Origin: Coniocarpon cinnabarinum
Lineage: Eukaryota
Assembly (NCBI GenBank): GCA_051942205.1
Contig: JAVECO010000138.1
Location: 1 to 63,421, forward strand
Reading direction: 5' to 3'
DNA: 63,421 bases
The notes beneath the pieces were generated by a model. That model searched no databases. It saw only the letters and a program-made list of their open reading frames with translations, and was not told where the DNA came from. This document shows, in pieces, positions 48,334-61,479 of this stretch. A program made the translations under genes and the position numbers. The first letter of the stretch is position 1. The number at the start of each line of letters is the position of its first letter.

Positions 48334-50664
48334 ATGGATGCTGGAACAGACTTTTCCGACTCCCAGCGAGCTATCGAGGCCAGCCTCGTTGCCACCACCA
48401 GGGCTGCCACGCACATCACGGCTCAAGATATTAGCTTCCACCGCTCTCTAAATTCATCTGTTACTGCGTCGCTCGATCAGAAAAGCCGCCGCCTGTTACA
48501 GCTCACAGAGCGCCTACTTCAGCGCTCCTCTACTGGCTCGAACAAGAAGCTTAACTTTCCGTCCACAGAAGCGATCGACGACAACTGGGGGCGTTTAGTA
48601 GACGCAGCCGACGGCCTCTTTGAGCGCGCAGATTCATGCTTAGATGAATATTCGGGACTCATTCAGAAGCAGAGCGAATCCGAACCGCATCCGAAATCCT
48701 CCCCCCACCCACGCTCCAGTAACAATAGTCTAGCAGGTCGACTGCGTCGTGCGGATTTGCCAAAACCACAGGAAAACTTCGAAAGCAAGTCTTTCAACCA
48801 TGAGGATACCCCTTTCCGTCCATTTCTTACAGAAAAACCAAACGCCTCCATCCCTTTGCAAGAAAGTGTCAAGCTCTTCACCTCTGAAGGCGGAGAAGAG
48901 CACTACGGGCATCCATATGAACAAGAGATCCAAGCTTATTCGTATCCGAGGCGGGTCTGGAGCAAATGCAACCCACAGCATTACAAACCTTTTGCCGAGA
49001 CATCAGCGACCTTCGTGGATTCCGAAGACGGTCTGGAATCCATGCTTGGTGAGCTCACAAAGGCTAAAGAGATCGCTATCGATTTAGAACACCATGACTA
49101 TCGTACATACATTGGCATGGTATCACTCATGCAAATCAGTACTCGAGACCGAGATTGGATTGTAGATACACTGAAACCATGGCGAAGAAAGCTCGAGGCG
49201 CTAAATCAGGTCTTTACTGACCCAAGAATACTCAAAGTCTTTCATGGCGCGCATATGGATATCATCTGGCTACAAAGAGACTTGGGGTTGTACATTGTTG
49301 GGCTGTTTGATACGTACTTTGCTGCACGTGTTCTCGGGTACCCAGGAAAGAGTCTCGCCTATTTACTGAAGCATTTCATCAATTTCGACGCGCAGAAACA
49401 ATATCAAACTGCGGATTGGCGAATTCGTCCTCTGCCACCTCCAATGCTGGAATACGCTCGCTCCGACACCCATTTCCTGCTGTTCATCTGCGATTGCATG
49501 CGCAACCAGCTCATCGAGAAGACAGAGAAAAAAATTGAGGAGGGGCAAACGCGCGATTGCGTGAGTGAAGTTCTTCAATTATCGAATGAGCAGTGCCTTC
49601 AACGATACGAGCACGCCTTCTATCAAAATAGAGCAGATGCCACACGCAGCAGCTGGGCAGTGGCGCTCATGCGACATCCTGGCCCAATGACTCAGCAACA
49701 AATCGGCGCTTTCGCCAGGCTTCATCAGTGGCGAGACAGAACGGCTAGGAACGAGGACGAGAGCACACAATACGTAATGCAAAACCATGTCCTAATGAAC
49801 CTTTCACGCGCGTTGCCCGTAACCTCCGCGGCGCTTCTCGCTCTGTCACACCCGATATCCTCTTTGGTTAAGGAAAATGTTGAGCATCTTGTGCAACTCA
49901 TTCGAACGGCCCAAGCCGAAGCTGATGCTATGCCCACCTTGGACTGGATAGCCACGTCACAAAGTGATGATAGATTTACTATGGGCGCTGCCCTAGCGAG
50001 GGCGAAGGCTGAGTCGCACACGCTGAGGCACAATACGTCAGCGCCGTCAGGCAACACAGCCCGCCATGCTCATGCACAGCAGTCGGAACTGTTGGGCAGT
50101 GCTCTCATTCCAGACTCCAAACCTATGCAGCTCCTCCAACAACAGTACCGAGTGCGAATGTTCTGCTCAAGCAATACTGATGCAACAACCTCTCACGTGC
50201 CTTTTGGCAACGCCGCAATGGAATATGCCAGCACTGCAGACGCAAATAACCAGAGCTCGTTCCTTCCCACGCCAGATTCCCAAGTGCTTGGGAAGCGTAA
50301 ATCTCAGGAGGTGCTGGCAGACGAAGTACCTTTGTCAACCTCAGGGACCGACGACGAAGCCCTGGTGAAACCGAAACCCAAATCGCAGGAAGCCGATTCA
50401 CGAGCGGAGAGAAAAGCCAAAAGGCGTGCGGAAAGGGAGTGTCGCGTCAATGGCTTTAGCCTTTCTTCAGACGCTGCGCTGGAAGGCAGAGACCTCCGAC
50501 CAATTCCACTCTCTCAGAACGGAAGCACTGGCGGAAGCGCTCAGAAAAACAGACCGTTCCTAGTTCCAGCTTTGAATCCTTTTGCAAGAGCTGAGCAGGC
50601 TGCGCCAGGCTTGAAGCGATCACGTATGCAGACTGCTGGACGAAGCCAAACATACCGCTCATGA
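48334..50664 (+). CDS. RRP6: Nuclear exosome exonuclease Rrp6 (PMC2NT, DEDDy, HRDC)
   Basis: DISFHRS, HPYEQEI, IAIDLEHH, LMQISTR, DIIWLQRDLG, YQTADWRIRPL, YARSDTH, WRDRTARNEDES. Confidence 0.95.
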   Translation: MDAGTDFSDSQRAIEASLVATTRAATHITAQDISFHRSLNSSVTASLDQKSRRLLQLTERLLQRSSTGSNKKLNFPSTEAIDDNWGRLVDAADGLFERADSCLDEYSGLIQKQSESEPHPKSSPHPRSSNNSLAGRLRRADLPKPQENFESKSFNHEDTPFRPFLTEKPNASIPLQESVKLFTSEGGEEHYGHPYEQEIQAYSYPRRVWSKCNPQHYKPFAETSATFVDSEDGLESMLGELTKAKEIAIDLEHHDYRTYIGMVSLMQISTRDRDWIVDTLKPWRRKLEALNQVFTDPRILKVFHGAHMDIIWLQRDLGLYIVGLFDTYFAARVLGYPGKSLAYLLKHFINFDAQKQYQTADWRIRPLPPPMLEYARSDTHFLLFICDCMRNQLIEKTEKKIEEGQTRDCVSEVLQLSNEQCLQRYEHAFYQNRADATRSSWAVALMRHPGPMTQQQIGAFARLHQWRDRTARNEDESTQYVMQNHVLMNLSRALPVTSAALLALSHPISSLVKENVEHLVQLIRTAQAEADAMPTLDWIATSQSDDRFTMGAALARAKAESHTLRHNTSAPSGNTARHAHAQQSELLGSALIPDSKPMQLLQQQYRVRMFCSSNTDATTSHVPFGNAAMEYASTADANNQSSFLPTPDSQVLGKRKSQEVLADEVPLSTSGTDDEALVKPKPKSQEADSRAERKAKRRAERECRVNGFSLSSDAALEGRDLRPIPLSQNGSTGGSAQKNRPFLVPALNPFARAEQAAPGLKRSRMQTAGRSQTYRS

Positions 50665-50945
50665 AGCGATCTCAACTGTGCAGTATACAATGCTGGTGTG
50701 CCGGAAACCGTATAATTGCGTCTCAGTATGGGACCCTCGAATTATGTACAATATATTACTTCAATTGGAAGATCGTGTTCCGTGACGCCGTCTAGGCTCT
50801 ATCGTCGTCGAGATTTGCGAGTAGCCTCGCGACAGCCTATCACTAATGGTACACAGAAGCTCCTGCACAACACCTTTCATCATGCCTTTTGCCGTTTGCG
50901 AACTGCCACAGCATCTTCATGCACGCTCGACTCACCATTGTAGCG

Positions 50946-53711
50946 CTAGCCCAACCCAGCGCGCGTTTTCTTCATAACGCTATCGATCGGCATAAGAATC
51001 CCCTTGTTGTCGACCGCGCCGAGTGCTGTTCCCTTGCTCCACCCCATCTTCTCTAACATGGCGCGACCCTTGTTATCCACGCCGATTTCCTTGGCTCCGG
51101 CACCGACTCGTTGCCCGTCTGCCATGCCAAAGGTACCTTTGCCGCCTAGTGCTCCGGGCGCCTTTCCGCGTTGCGAGCCGCCACCGAACACACCAAAGCG
51201 CCGAGAATATCGTTCGCTGAGCTTGTCGAATAGAGCGGGATCAAAGCGTTTCGTCCGTGCCGTCCTATATAAAATTGGGAAGCGATTGTTTCCAGTCCCG
51301 CTCGATTTACTCTTTAGTCCAAAAGGATTGGCGATTTCGTGTATAATTTTGCGGAGCTTTTTGTCCATAGGTGGCAGGGCAAGCTGTTGACGACTGCTAC
51401 CGAGGAAGTCCTCCAACTCGTCTTCAAACTCATTCAAGCTTAATCCCTTGGCCCGTCTCGTCGAGCCAGATTGGTTGTGCTTTTTTCCAGAACCACCCAA
51501 AAGTCCCTCAGCACGCATCTCCTCCCGCTCAATCTTTTTCAGCTTCTTCTTCTGCTTATCGGCGGCCCAGGATGTCTGTAGCTGACGCTCCAGGTCTGAA
51601 TCTTCGAGTTCAAGCGCCGCAATGTCAAGTTGATGCCGTGACCTCTGTTTTCGCTCCACGTTCGCCAAGGAACCACGATGCCAGTCCATGATGTCGAAGT
51701 CGTTCAAGTCTTCTTCAACCAATGCATCGCTTTGAGTACCATCGATTGCCATTGATGCATTCCTATTCCTCGCCTTACGTTTTGTCCGCCTTGAGCGACC
51801 AGGTAGGACCTTGGCATCTTCGCATTGAAAGAATTGATCAAGATAAGGATCAGCAACGTTTGCTTCCATCTCATCTTCAACTCCATCAAAAAGCGCAAGG
51901 TCGTCTGCATTCATGCCAAGCTCCTCCTGGTGCTGCAGAAGGCGCGCGATGTGCTCGTCTGTCATACGCTCTTTGCGGCGCTGGATCAAATCCTCTTCAT
52001 CCGACGGCGCAAGCTCTTCTGCATCAGCGTCGTCGCTATCACCAGACTCATCAGTGGCATGAGTGTCATCTGCATCATCCTCATACCCGTTGGGGGTGTG
52101 CTGATCTTCTGATGAGGACTCAGGGGCCACTATTACCTTGTCGGCTTCAAAATCAGATGTCCACTCTGCCGCAGCTATCTCGGCGTCTCGAGCTTCATTC
52201 CAAAGCTGAGCTTGACGTCTCTCCTCGAACCCTGAAATGAGCTTCCCGGCTTTCCCTTGGTGGACAAGTGCTTCATGACGAATCCAGCGCGCTTCGTCGT
52301 GTGACTGACCGTCCCACACTACGAGATATTGGAGACCTGAGGCGCGCTCCCTTCTAGAAAGAACATGGCTCACAGTTTCGCGGACTTCTTCAGACGTACT
52401 GATATTTGCAAAATCTTCCAGCTCGGTGTAACCCCATCCATCGGAAGCGATTGGTGTTTCTTGTCGACCTGGGATGAGATTTTGGCTCGATTCAGGCTTG
52501 TGGGTCTCGATCGCACCGTTGGCAAGCAAGTTGTCAACATAGTCATCAAGTACATCGTCTCCGCTTTCGCTGCCAGTTCCAGGTGCGCAGTACCTGTGCA
52601 ACCGAGCACGATCTGGTCGACGACGTTTGCGTCTGGGCAGCTTTCGCGGAGTCCCCATCACTGATCTATTTTCAGTAACATCGTGCAGCTTGCCTTGATT
52701 TTGTAGCAAATGAGTGATGGTCTCCTCGGCGTTCATGATAGTAGTATTTTCCATGTTCTTGTTCATGGAGTGTGCAGCCTCGACTATTTCTCGCGAGCTA
52801 TGGTATGCAGCTACATTCGTCCCTGTCGGCGGTTGTAAAGAAGAATCCAAGCCCACCTGATCATGCTGTCCAGGGCTGCCATGCTCGAGTTCATGTGGAC
52901 GATACTGTGTGGCGTGATGTGGCTCGCCTTTTGAAGTCGGCAATGTTGGCGTCTTCTCCTCGACCTCTCCGTTCGGCTCCTTTAAGCCCTGCTGCTGCTC
53001 GTTCTCGCCTTCTGCTCGATTTAGCGGCATCTTTTGAAGCTTATTGCGCCCCATGAACACTACAACATCTTCGCTGGAATTACTGGGTGTCGGCGAGGGT
53101 CGTCTTCGCCGGTGCTGCGACCGCAGGTCAGTGCTTTCATCTCGCTTAGCCGAGATAGAGCGCGTCTGGTTTTGCTCGAGTCCGGGAATTTGAAGAGTAG
53201 ATGCATGTGATAATCTTTCAGGAGCATGTCTCAGGGACGATGTCGACTGCTCGAGTGACGCCGTGGATGTTTCTGTGCGGTGCATCTCGTTAATTTCGTG
53301 ACTTTCTTTTGTTTCTGTAGTCTTCATGTTATCGTCATCCTCTTCAAAGGTCTCTTCCATGGCTAGGTCCTCGTCTATTTCAGCTTGGTATTCCTCAAAA
53401 TGTTCACGCATCGCTCCATTTGTGCCCCCGCTTACGAAGGAGATGGCTTGGTGTCTCAGCCGGAAAGAGGAATCCCATAATGAAGAACGATTCTCCGACG
53501 CTCGAGCTGCATCGCGAAGCGTGAAGGTAGGACCTGCAGAATCGTGTCAATCTCATTGAAGCCATCGCGACATTCGTCTAGACAGTCCACGCTGACCTCC
53601 AGTCCTAGATACGGATCTCCTAGCAGGATTAGTCGCATCTTTGCGCGGCGCGTATCTGGACTTCCTGTTTGGCTTTGACTTATTGCTGCCACCCTTGTTC
53701 ACTCTCGGCAT
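50946..53711 (-). CDS. SQS1: R3H and G-patch domain protein (Sqs1/Pfa1-like), 1 intron
   Basis: R3H PPMDKKLRKIIHEIA..LKSKSSG; G-patch NKGRAMLEKMGWSKGTALG..NKGI; exon 1 MPRVNKGG spliced in frame to FTLRDAAR..LRHQAISFVSGG. Confidence 0.85.
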
Positions 53712-54176
53712 GCTTGAGGTAGTCAATCCTTTTCTCAAGCTCGACTTTGTACAGTGGTAAGAGTAGCGGCCAAATATCGATCTTTCCGACCGGCAGCGGA
53801 CAGGGTGCACAATTTCTGCGCTTGTGGTGGCGTACAGACGCCATGTGACATCACCGAACATGGACGTCTCGATGGTCAAGACAGTCGCTCGAGATCACTT
53901 CGCCTGCTTCTGCTTGAGTCTTCGCACCATTCAAGACATGTTTAGCGGCTGACGTACCGATCGAGCAGTCAGCAAGAGAAGTCCCCCCTTAGTAGCAGAC
54001 GCGAACACGCACAAGTAGAACGCAGACGGCCGTCGCGCGTCCCCGGTCGTCCAATTACTCTATGCTTGCTCGCTGTACTGTAACATCATAGCTATCCAAT
54101 GCTTCTTCTTCGGTCGCAGCCCAAGTCTAAATCAATGCTCCTCCCATCGCGCGAGAAGAACGCATAGTCTGAGAAC

Positions 54177-55700
54177 ATGAACAATGTCGACTTCAGCCGG
54201 TACAGCAAGAAGATTGTCCGATATCTCTGGGATCCTGAACCTGCCAACGACGAGAACCCTGATACTCCCATTTGGTGCCTTGGAAAGCAGTATGCAACGC
54301 AGAACGGCCGATTTCAAGCTCAGACGAAAGATCAGGTCGAGCCTCTGCAAAGCGCACCCGTCGAGGTAAAGAACCCAGCAGATTCAGTCTCATCGCTTCC
54401 ACAAGAAGACCAGTCGCCAGCCCAAACAGTTGCATCTGATGCGAGCCAGCAAAAATTCGCTCCGCCTCAGAGAGAGCAGAGTTTCGAAGAAGTCAGCAAG
54501 CAGGAGGCAGACACCGAACCTTTTGACGGAGATGGCGGTCGCAGCGCACAAACATGGCCGACGGATTTCCTGGACGACTTCGAGTCTCGCATATGGCTGA
54601 CCTATCGCTCCGGGTTTCCTCCCATACCAAGATCAGCGGATCCGAAAGCCACGTCGCACATGAGCTTCTCCGTTCGCATGAAAAGCTTGGCCGCGCATGA
54701 AGGCTTCAAGTCGGACACTGGATGGGGGTGTATGATTCGCTCCGGACAGTGTTTGTTAGCAAATGCGTTAGTGCTCCTTCGATTTGGTCGGGACTGGCGA
54801 CGGGAGCCAAATGATCCAAGAGAGCCAGACGTATTGCGCCTATTTGCTGACGATCCGGGGGCACCTTTCTCGATACATAGCTTTGTTCAGCACGGCGCTG
54901 CTGCATGCGGGACTTTTCCTGGGCAATGGTTCGGCCCCTCAGCTACAGCTAAGTGCATTGAGGCGCTTGTGAGCCGACACCAAGAAGTAGGTCTACGGGC
55001 ATACGTGACGGGTGACGGTCCTGAAGTGTATGAACGAACCATGTTTGAAATCGCCAAAGCCGACAAGGACGTCTTCAATCCGACACTATTGCTCGTGGGC
55101 ACTAGACTTGGGATTGATCAGGTTACACCTGCTTATTGGGAGGCTTTGAAAGCGGCGGTTCAGTTGCCTCAGAGTATCGGTATCGCCGGGTGAGCCATCT
55201 CCACACCAAGTAATTTTCACCGTGGCCCATGCTAAACTGAGAGCAGAGGTCGTCCCTCCTCGTCACATTATTTTGTGGGTGTGCAAGGGTCCCATTTCTT
55301 TTATCTCGATCCACATGTCACCCGACCCGCATTATCACATCACAGCGATGCGTCCAAGTACTCATTGGAGGAAATTGCTACTTGCCACACACGCCGTCTG
55401 CGGCGCCTTACGATTGAGGAAATGGATCCAAGCATGCTGATTGCATTCCTCATACGTAGTGAGGTCGACTGGTACGACTGGAAACAGCGCATTTCCCAGA
55501 CAGTAGGAAAACCCATTGTTCATGTGTCAGACCGTGATCCATCGCTGCATGGATCCACAAGCGAGCGTGAGGAGGCCGTGGACGAGGTGGAGACCTTTGA
55601 TGACGATGACATTAATGGCTCTAGCGACGGAATGATTGACGAGTATGAGAGCCATGAGTGCGTTGAGGTAGCCAAGACCCCAAGACCTGACTCACCCTGA
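54177..55700 (+). CDS. ATG4: Autophagy cysteine protease Atg4 (peptidase C54), 1 intron
   Basis: [30 protein letters not shown] (catalytic Cys), [31 protein letters not shown]. Confidence 0.95.
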
Positions 55701-56200
55701 CTGCCTGCGTCGCTGAAAGTATTGCATGGTCGGTGGAATCGCATCAGTAACGTCTGTTTAAACACCTGTGGCCACATCTCATAATGAGGGAGATTGACAC
55801 CGGCGCCAAACATCTCACGACCCTCGAAAATACGAAGCAAAGTCGCATCCACATCCTGCCACTCTGCACATACATTCACTGGAATGACCAGGGGCAAAGG
55901 TACAAAATCATTCGAGAGTATTGTCATGTCATTGAGTGAAAAGCTCATGCTTTCCAAGGCATATCATAATGTACAGCCATTGCAGATTTACGCACTGGCA
56001 GCAGCGGCGGAGGCGGATCTGCTCGAATGGCCTCGATAGTCATCCCACCCTTACCCATGATCGTAGACCATCCGTTGAACACCTCCCCGCCAAACCCTTT
56101 CCCATGCGACATCTCGAAAAAACCGGAAGTGCTTCCCACCACGAAACAGCCCGCAAAGGACGAGAAGATAACCGCGCACATGCAATCGTCAGGTCATCGT

Positions 56201-56772
<572 letters not shown>

Positions 56773-57053
56773 TGCGAAAGTTGCTGTGGTTGATGGAAGA
56801 AGAGGTGAGTGAAGCTTTGAGAATGTGGGTGCGAAGCTGTTGGATGCAGAAGAGCGATGGATGAGTTGATGGATGGACAGGCGATGGGAGATGGGGGGAG
56901 AAGAAAGCAGCGACGAGAGAGTGCCAAAGATGCAGGCGCCGCGAGTCTTATACAGACGGGTACGCAGACGAGATCAACTCGGTGCTTGGGGAGCAGGCGG
57001 CTCACGAGGCGCCTCGTGGTCCGTGCGCGGATCAAAACAGCGAGGGGCAGCAG

Positions 57054-57146
57054 CGCGTCACCCGTCGGCCAATCAATGACGCGACCGTGCTACAGTGCTG
57101 CGCGCTAGGCCTCTTTCGCTCGCCGCTGCTGCCCGCGCCTGATTGG
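57054..57146. promoter_or_regulatory. Bidirectional H2A/H2B promoter core: inverted TGACGCG pair flanking CCAAT, plus a second CCAAT on the opposite strand
   Basis: CGCGTCA 57054-57060, CCAAT 57069-57073, TGACGCG 57077-57083, ATTGG 57142-57146, near the midpoint between the two start codons. Confidence 0.6.
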
Positions 57147-57367
57147 CTGCTGGAGTTGATCTGAAGACTGCTTCCTGCTTGCGTGTGCCTTCTCATATAT
57201 TCCAACGCCCCTCGTCCATCGCCCTCTTGCCCTGCTCGTTCTCTCCCTCTTCTCAACCTTGGCATCATCCACAGCTCCATCAACTCCCAGTCTTTGCCCA
57301 TCGCATTCTTCGCTCCACCACAACACTCTACCCCAACAACACCACTTCATCCAACGCACATCCCACA

Positions 57368-57949
<582 letters not shown>

Positions 57950-58451
57950 ATGGCCTTCTCTATGAGTTGATGGATTTGCTTGCGTTTATGGTGTTTCACG
58001 GACTGGATGGGCGACAGGCAAATGAATACCATGGGGCATCAACAGGTATCGTCATTGGGCAGGAGGCAGCTCGTGCTTTGAGCGCCTGAGTTAGGCGGGA
58101 GAGCTGTATATTACGTCAAGTGCCACGTTGTGGTCGTGCATTAGGCCAACTGACGACCTTGGGTCTATTGCAATGAAATCATGCATATGAACACCGGAAC
58201 ATCTGTCCTCGCCTCCTCGTGAGCTGATATTGCCCAGCGACCTCTATTCACGCCTCGTATGCTCTTGTTCGTGTTTTTCACGTGCCGCTAATGAATCGTG
58301 CAAAGGGACACCGGCGTTACCATTGAGAGACGCGTGGGGATAATTCAGACGCCGTGAAACAAGGTTAGGTTCACAGTACTTGTTGTCTTTCAGAGTGCTT
58401 CGACCGTATCATGGTCTAAGTGAGCATGTCCCTGTCAGACGATATTCCAAA

Positions 58452-58970
58452 TCACAAAGTCATCTGAGGAGGTGCTGCGAATGTATCAGTGACCGAGCGA
58501 GGGTTGTTATGGGACAGTATACAACGTACGGTTCACGTTGTGCACTGGAAGATTTCGCTCATATTTTGAGCCTATGGCTTTGTCAGCGGTATGTCTGTAT
58601 GGGTACAGGGCCTGTGAGCTCGAACCGCCGGGAGCCGTTGGTGGCCTGTATGGGTCTGGGTGTTTCCATTCCTCGAGCGTTCGCTCCGCCTCCTGGATGA
58701 TCAACTACGTCTCCGTGAGCGTACCGGCCTATGTGCGGGTGAGCTTATCGGGCACAAACTCTCTGCTGTCTTGGCTGCGTGACACTCTTGTTGGCTTCGA
58801 AGAGCGTTCTAATGTAGAGAGCTTGGCCTCTCCATGCGTGCCGGTGAACAGCCCAGTCAAGTGCCAGCTTCAACGAGCGTCGGTACAAAGACCTGCTGAA
58901 AGGTGAGTACCATCGCGACAAACAGTTTCTTCGACCTTGCTTACCTGACGCTAGCTGTGCCTGCCGACAT
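58452..58970 (-). CDS. NADH:ubiquinone oxidoreductase B22 subunit (NDUFB9/NI2M, LYR family), 4 introns
   Basis: SLYRRSLKLALDWAVHR..WRGQALYIRTLFEAN, WKHPDPYRPPTAPGG/SKYERNLP. Confidence 0.9.
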
Positions 58971-59219
58971 CGTCGCAGGAATTGAGTCTGGGGATATCTG
59001 CCTACAGTTGCAATGTGCGCAAGGCCGAAATTCGAATCACAGACAGTAGGACAAAGTTTCACTCATCCGAGGAGACATTGGGCAGGGTGTCGGAATCAGT
59101 GCGCATTGTCACGTCCGATTGTAACGTACCGACCTACAGCTCCAGCTACAAGCTTCTGGTTGCAAGCAAACCTTCACCCCTTCTCTTCGCGACCACTGGG
59201 CTTCCTTGTGCATGCCAGC

Positions 59220-60795
59220 ATGATCCGGCGCTCTTGCACAAGACACGTTAGATTAGTCCTGCGCGCTCGCGCACGCACAGACTCTGCTCGAACCGCATCA
59301 AGTTTGCATTGCCCCCCTGCGCGACTTCTCCCCCCTCGTAGTAAGCCTGCGCCAGCTACCGTTCCAAAGTCAGCACCTGGGGCCGTTCCATACACGAAAC
59401 ATGAACTGACTTGGTCACAGCTGCCAAGGCGCACCATCAATACTGAATGCTTTGTTCAGCTCAAGTCCACAAAGTCATGGTATGGATCATTTCGAAGCAT
59501 GAGCACATAAGCTCACCAACCATAGGAGAACGCATGGTGCAAGTGCCGGAGATGGCAGAGTCAATATCGGAGGGTACGTTGAAACAATTCTCGAAATCTG
59601 TTGGCGACTACGTAGAACAAGACGAGGAGGTTGCGACCATTGAGACGGACAAAATTGATGTCGCCGTCAACGCACCCGAAGCCGGGACTTTGAAGGAGTT
59701 TCTGGTCAAAGAGGAAGATACGGTCACTGTAGGGCAAGAGATCGTGAAGATGGAGACTAGTGGGGCGCCGCCGGAGGGCGGAACGCAAAAGGCCAGCCAA
59801 GAACCCAAAGAACCTGCCTCGGACAAGCAGCAAACTTCTTCTCAGCCCGGCGGAGAGACCGAGAAGGATAGGAAACCTACGTCGCCACCACCGAAGCAAG
59901 AAGATGCAAAGCCTCCACCATCGCCACCGAAACAACAGGAACGGTCTTCGCAACCGTCCGCACCAGCAGCACCGCCTGCATCAGACACAACGCAGGAACA
60001 ACCTCGGCGTGACGAGTCTCCACAGAAAGGCGGCAGAGAAGAACGTCGTGTCAAGATGAACAGAATGCGTCTGCGTATCGCCGAGCGATTGAAACAATCC
60101 CAGAACACCGCCGCATCGCTAACCACGTTCCAAAAAGTCGACATGTCCGCCTTGATGGAGTTTCGAAAGCTATACAAGGATGAAATTTTGAAGAAATCGG
60201 GCGTCAAGCTTGGCTTCATGAGTGCGTTCACCCGTGCTTCAATACTGGCCATGAAGGAGATACCGGCTGTCAACGCGTCCATAGAAGGCCCAGACGGCGG
60301 GGATACCGTTGTTTACCGCGACTACGTGGACGTCAGCGTGGCTGTCGCGACTGAGAAAGGGCTCGTGACGCCAGTCGTCCGTAACGCTGAAGCAATGGAT
60401 CTAGTGGGCATCGAGTCAGGCATTGCAGATCTGGGGAAGAAGGCGCGTGACAACAAACTCACTATTGAGGACATGGCTGGGGGCACCTTTACTATCAGCA
60501 ATGGTGGGGTGTTTGGCTCTCTCTTTGGGACACCGATCATCAACCTGCCCCAAACAGCAGTGCTGGGGCTACACGCCATTAATGACGAGGCAGTACCTGT
60601 TAATGGCAAGATTGAGATTCGACCTATCATGTACTTGGCTCTCACGTATGATCATCGTCTTTTGGATGGCAGGGAAGCGGTCACTTTCCTTGTTAAGGTC
60701 AGAACGTGCTTGAATTGCGAAGAAATACGGCTTGCTGACAAGCTATCTAGATCAAACAGTACATAGAGGACCCTCGCCGTATGCTTTTAGGTTGA
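59220..60795 (+). CDS. KGD2: 2-oxoglutarate dehydrogenase E2 (dihydrolipoamide succinyltransferase), 3 introns
   Basis: Lipoyl domain VPEMAESISEG..IETDKIDV, MNRMRLRIAERLK, GGTFTISNGG, catalytic TYDHRLLDG; last exon IKQYIEDPRRMLLG*. Confidence 0.95.
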
Positions 60796-61479
60796 GTGTG
60801 CACCGTTGTCGAGCAGGGGAGGAGAGGGGTGATTGACAAAGCTTGCGATCGTACTATATCATTCACAATCATGATTTTGGAAGCCCGCTACGCTGCCCAT
60901 CACCGGTGCTGCAATACAAGACGTGGGCTACTGCATGACTTTCGTAACACCATCCAGTGAGGTCAACATGGACTGTTGGTCTTCGTACGCCTCCTAGTTA
61001 GACACATCGAAGCCTTGCAAAAAGTCGTAGACCGGTTTCAAAAATGGACAACTTTCACACCAGCTCTGCTCGGTAGATGTACGACCAAATTTCTTAAAGT
61101 GAAGTTCTCTCTGGTAGACTGCAACCGAAAATAGACCACTCTAACTAGCTTCAAGTGCCTTTGAGCTAGAAGATAAAGAGAATACAAGGTTCCTAAACTT
61201 GGGGGCACCAGGCAGGGTCCTGCTCTTTTAACCGTAGAGTACTCGTTCGACATAATTTTGTGAAGCCACTGCGTACCACAAAGTCCAGCATTGATACTTC
61301 CAAGCTCGTGGCAAGCTTAACATTATAGGAACCGCTCTCTGAGCAGCATGGTGAGCAGAGGCATACTCGAAGGAGCTAAGTATGCATCTTGGCCATTCCA
61401 GTGGAGTCATTTAGAGTCACAGACAGCTTATCCCTGTAACTGTGAGAGAAGAATGCAGCCTGAATTTGAGAGGCCGGAC

